Shown here: piece after piece, positions 17,420-24,000 of the stretch
Position numbering within the stretch: the first letter of the stretch is position 1
Layout of the letters: every line of letters starts with the position of its first letter
Assembly (NCBI RefSeq): GCF_003148645.1
Contig: NZ_QGGP01000005.1
Span: 96,751 to 120,750, forward strand
DNA from: Xanthomarina spongicola
Lineage (GTDB): Bacteria > Bacteroidota > Bacteroidia > Flavobacteriales > Flavobacteriaceae
Length of the DNA stretch: 24,000 bases
Reading direction: 5' to 3'
Notes under the pieces: generated by a model
Database searches by the model: none
Told to the model about the DNA's origin: nothing
Seen by the model: only the letters and a program-made list of their open reading frames with translations
Translations under genes and position numbers: made by a program

Positions 17420-18733
17420 ATGAAACTCATAAATTCCTTATACCTTTCGCTTTTTGTTTTCTTAATTATTGGCTGTAAAACATCACAAACTGCTGTTACA
17501 ACAGATTATAATCCTTCAACTTTTGAAAAATTGGCCAGCATGGAACATGTTGTAAGTATAGAAAAAAAAGATTTAGTAAGTCATTTCGATGAGAATTATG
17601 AGATCTGGTTCGAACAACCTATCGACTATAACAACTTGTCCAAAGGCACTTTTAGACAACGTGTTTTACTTGGTTTCGAAAATCCAACACAGCCTGTTAT
17701 TGTTGAACTTCATGGTTATGGTATTGGCTCTGGAAAGGCTGGAGAATTGGCCAATCATTATAAAGCAAATCAAATAAACATCGAGCATCGTTACTTTAAT
17801 AATTCTCGCCCAGAGAACATAGATTGGAATACATTAACAGTAGAGAATGCAGCTAAAGATCAAGCAAGAATTATAGATGCTATTAGAAAAGCGTTATATC
17901 CTAATACTAAGTTTATTTCTACTGGTATTTCTAAAGGTTGTCAAACAACCATGTTGCATCGTAGATATTTTCCAGAAAATGTAGATGCTTGTGTTTGCTA
18001 TGTTGGCCCTCTTAATTTTGAACGTGAAGACCCAAGGGTTTACGAGTTTTTAAATAATGTAAGCACTCAAGAAAACAGAGATAAAGTAAAAGCTTTCCAA
18101 GAGTTATGTTTTGAAAATAGAGCATCTCTTTTAGAAATGATGAAAGCAGCAGGAAAAGAAAAAGACATGTCTTGGGAATTTGGTGTTGATAAAGCCATAG
18201 ATTATACCATTCTGGAATATTCTTTTGCATTCTGGCAATGGGGAACACCAATTGAAAGTATTCCTGCTGAAAATGCAACAGCCGAAGAGATATACAATCA
18301 TCTTATTAGTGTTGTTGGTTATGGCTTTTTTGAAGAAAAAGCTGTTGAAGGTTTACAACCTTACTTCTGGGCTGCATTAACACAACAAGGCATTTATGGC
18401 TATGAAACAGCACCTTTTAAAGAATATTTAAATACCGAAGAAATATATAAATTCGAATGGGCTTTCCCTGAAGGCATTACCAAAGAATTCGACCCAGTTC
18501 CAATGCAGGAAATACAAACATTTCTTGACAATTCGGCTGAAGACATGCTTTTTATTTATGGAGAATATGATGCTTGGAGTGCTACTGCAGTTGAGCTAGA
18601 AGATGATGCATCAAAAAGAGAGGTTTATAAATTTGTGCAACCTAAAGGAAGTCATACTACAAGAATAAAAAGTTTTAGTCCTGAAACACAAAAAGAAATC
18701 TACGACATAATTGATGGTTGGTTAAAAGAATAA
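17420..18733 (+). CDS. Secreted alpha/beta-hydrolase serine peptidase, S28 / S37 (PS-10)-like, lipoprotein
   Basis: The ATG at 17420 gives MKLINSLYLSLFVFLIIGC (lipobox); the track start at 17393 is a TTG. Family-like blocks FRQRVLLGF, NQINIEHRYFNNSRP, nucleophile elbow GISKG, YVGPL. Confidence 0.7.
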   Translation: MKLINSLYLSLFVFLIIGCKTSQTAVTTDYNPSTFEKLASMEHVVSIEKKDLVSHFDENYEIWFEQPIDYNNLSKGTFRQRVLLGFENPTQPVIVELHGYGIGSGKAGELANHYKANQINIEHRYFNNSRPENIDWNTLTVENAAKDQARIIDAIRKALYPNTKFISTGISKGCQTTMLHRRYFPENVDACVCYVGPLNFEREDPRVYEFLNNVSTQENRDKVKAFQELCFENRASLLEMMKAAGKEKDMSWEFGVDKAIDYTILEYSFAFWQWGTPIESIPAENATAEEIYNHLISVVGYGFFEEKAVEGLQPYFWAALTQQGIYGYETAPFKEYLNTEEIYKFEWAFPEGITKEFDPVPMQEIQTFLDNSAEDMLFIYGEYDAWSATAVELEDDASKREVYKFVQPKGSHTTRIKSFSPETQKEIYDIIDGWLKE

Positions 18734-18832
18734 CATATCTATTTAGGTACTAAATTATCCAATATCAATACCAATTTCACCGATTTGTTACCATTATGTA
18801 ATTAGAATTCAAATTTTGGTTACCTTTAAATT

Positions 18833-19792
18833 ATGGATAATATTTTACAAATTGGAGACTCTTTTATTGAGCAAAACACTATTTTTTCTGAATTAATTCA
18901 AGAATTAAATCAGAGTTTTTCTAACAGCAATGTTATTGTTCCCCTACGTCATCATCACGATTTTCCAAATCCTAAAGTAGACTCAGACTCGACACTTTTA
19001 TTAATGCCTGCTTGGAATCCCAGTAAAATTGCAGGTGTAAAAATAGTTACTGTTAGCCCAGAAAACAGTCAATTCGATTTGCCTTCAATTCAAGGTACCT
19101 ATATTTATTTTGACGCACTAAAAGGAAGTGTTAAAGCCATAATAGAAGCTAAAAGTTTGACCGTTAAACGTACGGCTGCAGCTTCGGCTTTAGCTTCATC
19201 TTATCTATCAAGGAAAGATTCAAAATCCATGCTAATGATTGGCACAGGTGCTTTATCCATAAACCTAATTAAAGCACACGTTTCAGTTAGACCTATAGAA
19301 AATGTGTATCTCTGGGGAAGAAACATCAATAAAGCTGAAGCAATTGCAGCTGAACTAAAAAACGAAAAATTCAATGTTTACCCTATTCAATCTATTGAAG
19401 AGAAGATTTCTGAAGTTGATATTGTTTCTTGTGCCACCTTATCTAAAACACCTTTAGTATTAGGCGCTTATTTAAAACCTGGACAGCATATCGATTTAGT
19501 TGGAGCCTACAGACCTACTATGAGAGAAGCAGATGATGATACCATTAAAAAAACATCTGTATTTATCGATACCTATCAAGGTGGATTAAAAGAAAGTGGT
19601 GATATTTTTATTCCATTACAAAGTGGTGTTCTAAAAGAAAAAGACATTAAAGCAGATTTGTTTGAGCTTTGCTCAAATCAGAAATCGGGAAGAAAGAATA
19701 ATGAAGAAATAACTTTATTTAAGTCTGTGGGTCATTCACTTGAAGATTTAACAGCTGCTACTTATTATTATAACAAATTTAAAAATGAATAA
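18833..19792 (+). CDS. Ornithine cyclodeaminase/mu-crystallin family protein; likely delta1-pyrroline-2-carboxylate reductase
   Basis: OCD/mu-crystallin-like layout with Rossmann motif MIGTGALS and the KRTAAASALAS block. The 8-nt start/stop overlap (ATGAATAA) with the downstream proline-racemase-family gene suggests a coupled function. Confidence 0.7.
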   Translation: MDNILQIGDSFIEQNTIFSELIQELNQSFSNSNVIVPLRHHHDFPNPKVDSDSTLLLMPAWNPSKIAGVKIVTVSPENSQFDLPSIQGTYIYFDALKGSVKAIIEAKSLTVKRTAAASALASSYLSRKDSKSMLMIGTGALSINLIKAHVSVRPIENVYLWGRNINKAEAIAAELKNEKFNVYPIQSIEEKISEVDIVSCATLSKTPLVLGAYLKPGQHIDLVGAYRPTMREADDDTIKKTSVFIDTYQGGLKESGDIFIPLQSGVLKEKDIKADLFELCSNQKSGRKNNEEITLFKSVGHSLEDLTAATYYYNKFKNE

Positions 19793-20852
19793 CACGTACC
19801 AAAATATTCTTAATAAAACCAATTTTAAACCTAATAGCAATTGGCTTCAAATAAAAACCATTGACATGCATACAGGTGGAGAGCCACTTCGTGTCATTCT
19901 TGATGGTTTTCCAGAATTAAAAGGAAATTCTGTTTTAGAATATCGTAGATATTGTCAACAAAATTTCGACCATTTACGGACTGCTTTAATGTTTGAACCT
20001 CGTGGTCATGCAGACATGTATGGTTGTATTTTAACACCTCCAAACGATAATGAAGGCGATTTTGGGATTATTTTTTTACACAACGAAGGCTACTCCACCA
20101 TGTGTGGTCATGCCATTATTGCTATCTCAACTTTGGCTGTAGAAATGAATTGGATAGACGTAAAAGAAGGTAATAATATCTTAAAGATTGATGCACCTTG
20201 TGGTAGAATCACTTCTTTTACTCATGTTGAAAATGAAAAAGTTACTGGTGTCAAATTTCATTGTGTGCCAAGTTTTGTAGTTAGTTTAGATAATAAAGTG
20301 AATGTAGATGGCATTGGAGAAGTAACTTATGACCTAGCTTATGGAGGTGCTTTTTACGCCTATGTGGATATGGCTAAAAATAATTTTGATTTTGATTTAA
20401 AACCTGAATCCTATCGCTCATTAATTTCAAAAGGCATGGATATTAAACATGCTGTCATGAAAAATGACAAAGAGATTACTCATCCATTTGAAGAAGATTT
20501 AAGCTTCCTTTATGGCACCATTTTTATAGATAATAAACAACAAGAGTCTGGAATAGATAGTCGTAATGTCTGCATTTTTGCGGAAGGCGAAGTCGACAGA
20601 TGCCCAACAGGTTCTGGTGTTTCGGGAAGAATGGCTATTCATAAAGCTAGAAATGAAATCACTTACGGAGAAGAAATGACTATAGAAAGTATTACCGACT
20701 CTGTGTTTAAAGGCTCCATTATATCTGAAGAAAATTATGGGCCTTTTAAAGCTGTTATTCCACAAGTTGAAGGAACAGCTCATATAGCAGGAATGCATAC
20801 TTTTGTTATCGATCCTAATGATCCTATGAAAAATGGATTTATATTAAGATAA
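19785..20852 (+). CDS. Proline racemase superfamily enzyme, Cys/Thr type: predicted trans-3-hydroxy-L-proline dehydratase
   Basis: Family blocks MHTGGEPLRV, FEPRGHADMYG, STMCGHA (Cys107, codon 20103-20105), DRCPTGSGVSGRMA (Thr275, codon 20607-20609, at the position of the second catalytic Cys of racemases/epimerases). Confidence 0.7.
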   Translation: MNNTYQNILNKTNFKPNSNWLQIKTIDMHTGGEPLRVILDGFPELKGNSVLEYRRYCQQNFDHLRTALMFEPRGHADMYGCILTPPNDNEGDFGIIFLHNEGYSTMCGHAIIAISTLAVEMNWIDVKEGNNILKIDAPCGRITSFTHVENEKVTGVKFHCVPSFVVSLDNKVNVDGIGEVTYDLAYGGAFYAYVDMAKNNFDFDLKPESYRSLISKGMDIKHAVMKNDKEITHPFEEDLSFLYGTIFIDNKQQESGIDSRNVCIFAEGEVDRCPTGSGVSGRMAIHKARNEITYGEEMTIESITDSVFKGSIISEENYGPFKAVIPQVEGTAHIAGMHTFVIDPNDPMKNGFILR

Positions 20853-22142
20853 AGAATTCATTAAGGCTTCAATCTCATTGATTTCTATTGGCATAGCTTC
20901 TGTTAAGTTGATGTTCCCGTCTTTGGTTATTAGATAATCGTTTTCCAAACGGCAACCAATTCCTTCTTCAGGAATATAGATTCCTGGTTCGCAAGTTAAA
21001 ACCATTCCAGGTTCGAGAGCTCGAGAATATAAACCAACATCATGCACATCCAACCCAATATGATGCGCTGTGCCATGCATAAAATATTTTTTATACATAG
21101 GTTTCTCTGGATTTTGATTGGCAACATCTTCGGCCTTAAGTAAACCTAATTTTATGAGTTCGGTTTCAACCAATTTAGCCATTTGTGTTTCATAATCTGA
21201 AGATAAAACACCAGGTTTCAACAATTTGCTTCCTTCTTTCAAACAATGTAAAACAGCACTGTAAACCTCTTTTTGTCTTTCAGTAAACCTACCGTTTACT
21301 GGAAAACATCTGGTTGTATCACTATTGTAATTGGCATAACAAACGCCAAAATCCAATAAAATCATATCTCCAGATTTACAAACAGCATCATTGGTGTTAT
21401 AATGAAGTGCGCAGGCATTCTTCCCAGAAGCCACAATAGGCTTAAAGGCATGACGTGTGGCACCAGATTTTATTAAATTATAAGATAATTCGGCTTCTAG
21501 CTCGTATTCCTTCATGTTTGGTTTACATGCTTTCAAGACACGCTTAAAAGATTCCACGCTAATATTAGCTGCTTGTTGTATTAAAGCAATTTCTTCTTCT
21601 GATTTAATAAGCCTTAAATCTCGAGTGATTTTTGCTGCTCGATGATACTCATGCAAAGGATATTTTTCCTTGCACCAAAGAATCATTCGGTCTTGTTGCG
21701 TTTGTTGATTATGGGTCACACGTTTAATGTGTTCATTATGTCCCAAATAAATTCCATCGGCTTCAAAAGCCATTAATTGCAAGACTTTTTCAAAATCTTG
21801 AATCCATTCTACACGTTTTATACCTGAAATTTTGGTCGCTTGTTCTTTGGTTAATTTGTCACCATCCCAAATTTTAATTTGTTCATTGGTTTCTTTAACA
21901 AACAAGATTTCACGATTCTCCTTTTTAATAGCATCAGGATAAAGTACCAAAAGAGTTTCCTCTTGATCAATCCCACACAGATAAAACAAATCGTTGTTTT
22001 GGGTGAAGCCCATGATATCGTCTGCATTGTTATGCTTCACATCATTTGAAGTTAGAATAGCTAACGTATTAGCCTTCATTCTAGCAGTAAAATTGTTTCG
22101 GTTTTTTATGAATAGGCTATTTGGAATCTGGTTGTAACGCAT
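20844..22142 (-). CDS. Xaa-Pro aminopeptidase (M24B, aminopeptidase P family)
   Basis: Pita-bread fold metal-ligand blocks LLDFGVCYANYNSDTTR, HGTAHHIGLDVHD, CEPGIY, RLEND, plus an N-terminal creatinase/prolidase-like domain. Confidence 0.85.
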   Translation of the reverse strand: MRYNQIPNSLFIKNRNNFTARMKANTLAILTSNDVKHNNADDIMGFTQNNDLFYLCGIDQEETLLVLYPDAIKKENREILFVKETNEQIKIWDGDKLTKEQATKISGIKRVEWIQDFEKVLQLMAFEADGIYLGHNEHIKRVTHNQQTQQDRMILWCKEKYPLHEYHRAAKITRDLRLIKSEEEIALIQQAANISVESFKRVLKACKPNMKEYELEAELSYNLIKSGATRHAFKPIVASGKNACALHYNTNDAVCKSGDMILLDFGVCYANYNSDTTRCFPVNGRFTERQKEVYSAVLHCLKEGSKLLKPGVLSSDYETQMAKLVETELIKLGLLKAEDVANQNPEKPMYKKYFMHGTAHHIGLDVHDVGLYSRALEPGMVLTCEPGIYIPEEGIGCRLENDYLITKDGNINLTEAMPIEINEIEALMNSLS

Positions 22143-22145
22143 ATT

Positions 22146-23393
22146 TTAAAAGGTTCTATCTGGATGAAACGGATTTAAATTTAATATAGTTTTTTTATCT
22201 GAAATAACTTCTGAAACTAATTTCCCAGTAGCTGGACCCATACTCCAACCCATCATGGCGTGACCAGTTGCTATGGTTAGATTGTCGCATTTTGAAGATT
22301 TCCCAATATAAGGCAAACCATCTGGAGATACAGGACGTAAACCTGAAGCCACATCGTTTTTCTCTTCTTCTGTTAAGGTGATATCTGGATAATAATTGTG
22401 TGCGGCTTTTGCAATAGCTTCTACACGAACTTTATTGATATTATCGTTAATTCCAGCAATTTCCATAGTTCCTGCAAAACGTGTAAATCCGTTCATAGGT
22501 GTAACTGCCACCTTGGCTTCTGCTAAAATGGAAGGAATTGTAATTCCTGTTGCTTGTGTGGTATTAATCCGATAGCCTTTTCCTGCTTGAAGCAATAATT
22601 TTAAACCTAATTTTTTACTTAATAAAGAACTCCACGAACCAGCTGCAAGCACAAATTCATCGGCTTTTAAAATTTGGTTTTGTGTTTTAACAGCTTCAAT
22701 TTTTCCATTTTTGACTACCAAATCCTCTACCTTTTCATTTGAAAAAAAAGTGACACCAACAGCTTTTAAATGCGCTTTCATTTCTGTCATAAACTCATGA
22801 GGTGTAGAATGTGAATCGCATTTATAATAAGTTGCGCCTTTAATATTCAAAGTTGTGTTTGGTTCTAGAATTTTTAATTCTTCGATGCTAATTTCACTTG
22901 CATCCAAACCTTCACGTTTTGCTATATGTGCAGTTTCAATTTCTTCTTCTAACATTTTTTCAGTTTGACATAACATGAGCAAGCCTTTCTTCTCATATTG
23001 GAAACTGAAATTCTCATCACGCTTTATATCATCGAATAAGTCTTGAGTTAATAAAGTAATTTCTTTAATGACAGGAATAGCTTTTTCAACGTGATTGGCA
23101 TTGCAGGATTTATTAAAAGCTAGTGTCCACTTAATAAAATCAGCATCTAAACGAGGTTTTATATATAAAGGACTTGCTGGATTTAGCATCCATTTCAAGC
23201 CTTTTTTCATAACGCCTGGAGCCGATAATGGTACCAAATGACTTGGCGATAAATAACCAGCATTGACATAAGATGCACCAGCGTCCATGTTGGATTGGTC
23301 AATTATTGTTACTTGATGGCCCTCCTTTTGAAGGTAATATGCAGAACACAAACCGATGATTCCGCCACCTATGATGATTATTTTTTTTGACAT
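22146..23393 (-). CDS. FAD-dependent oxidoreductase (DadA/DAO-like); candidate D-hydroxyproline dehydrogenase
   Basis: N-terminal dinucleotide fold KIIIIGGGIIGLCSAYYLQKEGHQVTIIDQ and a C-terminal DAO-family block ATGHAMMGWSMGPATG. The substrate is inferred only from neighbours. Confidence 0.75.
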   Translation of the reverse strand: MSKKIIIIGGGIIGLCSAYYLQKEGHQVTIIDQSNMDAGASYVNAGYLSPSHLVPLSAPGVMKKGLKWMLNPASPLYIKPRLDADFIKWTLAFNKSCNANHVEKAIPVIKEITLLTQDLFDDIKRDENFSFQYEKKGLLMLCQTEKMLEEEIETAHIAKREGLDASEISIEELKILEPNTTLNIKGATYYKCDSHSTPHEFMTEMKAHLKAVGVTFFSNEKVEDLVVKNGKIEAVKTQNQILKADEFVLAAGSWSSLLSKKLGLKLLLQAGKGYRINTTQATGITIPSILAEAKVAVTPMNGFTRFAGTMEIAGINDNINKVRVEAIAKAAHNYYPDITLTEEEKNDVASGLRPVSPDGLPYIGKSSKCDNLTIATGHAMMGWSMGPATGKLVSEVISDKKTILNLNPFHPDRTF

Positions 23394-23412
23394 TGAGTCA
23401 GTTTATTTATGT

Positions 23413-23468
23413 GTTAATGAGTTAATGAGTTAATGAGTAAATGAGTTAATGAGTTAATGAGTTAATTG
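23413..23468. repeat. Tandem array of an 8-bp unit GTTAATGA (6 full units, one variant GTAAATGA, plus a partial unit containing the four-helix-bundle gene stop)
   Basis: Read directly: 23413 GTTAATGA GTTAATGA GTTAATGA GTAAATGA GTTAATGA GTTAATGA GTTAATTG 23468. Lies between the four-helix-bundle gene stop and the FAD oxidoreductase start. Confidence 0.95.
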
Positions 23469-23827
23469 TTTGGATATATATTCTTCCTAGCTTTTGAAAC
23501 AATCTTAAGGATTTCTAAAGCTTCGCTTATTAAAGGTTTTAAATCTTTTTCTGAAGCTAATTTTGTGTCTTTTAATATTTCTAACCAAAATAAGGTTTCG
23601 TCTGCTTCTTCAACAACTATGGAAATTTTGGCAAAAAACTCTTTTTGTGAACGAGCTATACAAGCGGCTCTATAATTTGCTGCAGTTGAAGTTACAGATT
23701 TAATAATTTGATAGCCAATTACTTTTGTAGCTTCCGTTTTTTTTATATCATCATAAAACAAAATAACATTTACGGCTAATTTCTTTGTTCTATCCTTTAA
23801 TTGCTCAACAAATTCTGATTTATCCAT
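23462..23827 (-). CDS. Four-helix-bundle protein (23S rRNA intervening-sequence protein / DGR Avd family, TIGR02436-like)
   Basis: 121 aa with the core signature IGYQIIKSVTSTAANYRAACIARSQKEFFAKISIVVEEADETLFWLEIL. It matches the Q..RS..S..AN..E......S..DF..K.....E..ET..WL pattern I associate with this family. Confidence 0.85.
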   Translation of the reverse strand: MDKSEFVEQLKDRTKKLAVNVILFYDDIKKTEATKVIGYQIIKSVTSTAANYRAACIARSQKEFFAKISIVVEEADETLFWLEILKDTKLASEKDLKPLISEALEILKIVSKARKNIYPNN

Positions 23828-23843
23828 GATTTTATTTATTAGT

Positions 23844-23875
23844 TCATTAAATCATTGTTTCATTATTTCATTGAA
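23844..23875. repeat. Degenerate 8-bp-phased array, four units with a TCATT core (TCATTAAA TCATTGTT TCATTATT TCATTGAA), inverted relative to the 23413-23468 array
   Basis: TCATT cores start at 23844, 23852, 23860 and 23868 (exact 8-bp phase). The reverse complement of the left-array unit is TCATTAAC. Confidence 0.75.
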
Positions 23876-23877
23876 AA

Positions 23878-24000
23878 TTAAATTACCTGAAAACCAAACG
23901 CATACGGATCGTCTTCAGAATCTATGGTAATGGTATTATGTCCATAAATTTTCGCCCAACCTTGTATGCTTGGAATAATAGCTAATTTACCATCTAAAGT
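23878..24000 (-). CDS. 3' end (last 40 codons) of a second proline racemase superfamily gene (candidate 4-hydroxyproline 2-epimerase), running off the right edge
   Basis: My translation of rc(23878..24000) is TLDGKLAIIPSIQGWAKIYGHNTITIDSEDDPYAFGFQVI*. It parallels the C-terminus of the paralog at 19785-20852 (IPQVEGTAHIAGMHTFVIDPNDPMKNGFILR) and the family's ...P.I.G.A.I.G......D..DP...GF ending. Confidence 0.6.
   Translation of the reverse strand, partial: TLDGKLAIIPSIQGWAKIYGHNTITIDSEDDPYAFGFQVI

Noticed and set aside
17589-17777. 62-aa plus-strand ORF
   Set aside because: Out-of-frame overlap within the S28/S37-like peptidase gene on the same strand; no evidence for an overlapping gene.
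18012-18278. 88-aa minus-strand ORF
   Set aside because: Antisense inside the S28/S37-like peptidase gene.
20499-20798. 99-aa minus-strand ORF
   Set aside because: Antisense inside the proline-racemase-family gene.
23402-23410. 9-bp direct repeat TTTATTTAT (also at 23831-23839) as a possible target-site duplication of the four-helix-bundle cassette
   Set aside because: It is pure A/T low complexity, and chance occurrence in two ~70-bp AT-rich spacers is not negligible. Its placement is asymmetric: outside the left array but inside the right array, so it does not bracket the inverted arrays. More likely it is an A-rich leader preceding each ATG.
23413-23468. CRISPR array
   Set aside because: The units are 8 bp, directly abutting with no spacers, and no cas genes are present. 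This is a microsatellite, not CRISPR.
23466-23675. 69-aa plus-strand ORF
   Set aside because: Antisense to the four-helix-bundle gene, whose own translation carries a clear family signature.

Overview
AT-rich chromosomal segment that looks like a Flavobacteriia (Bacteroidota) genome. This is inferred from the porV-porU / gldJ-murF synteny, many lipoprotein signal peptides and the absence of Shine-Dalgarno-type spacing; no database search was possible. All product calls rest on motifs I recognise in the supplied translations.

Gene content, left to right:
- a truncated amidinotransferase-like gene start
- a DUF3124-like lipoprotein
- an M28 aminopeptidase-SDR pair
- an AraC-type regulator with an unusual N-terminal domain
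- pyruvate dehydrogenase E1-alpha and a two-lipoyl-domain E2
- cytidine deaminase
- the type IX secretion genes porV and porU, divergent from gliding lipoprotein gldJ
- murF
- a GH63/YgjK-like glycosidase lipoprotein
- an S28/S37-like serine peptidase lipoprotein
- a hydroxyproline/collagen-peptide catabolic locus: OCD-family reductase, a Cys/Thr-type proline-racemase-family enzyme, Xaa-Pro aminopeptidase, FAD oxidoreductase and a second truncated proline-racemase-family gene

Most of the window is ordinary core genome. The most unusual element is a small four-helix-bundle gene (23S-rRNA-IVS protein / DGR Avd family, 23462-23827). It sits inside the hydroxyproline operon and is bracketed by two inverted arrays of an 8-bp-phased motif (GTTAATGA / TCATTNNN).

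Other points worth a second look:
- the degenerate nucleotidyl-cyclase-like sensor domain on the AraC regulator
- an 18-bp inverted repeat in the porU/gldJ divergent region
- several start-codon corrections that reveal lipoprotein signals

No rRNA, tRNA, CRISPR array or transposase was seen.
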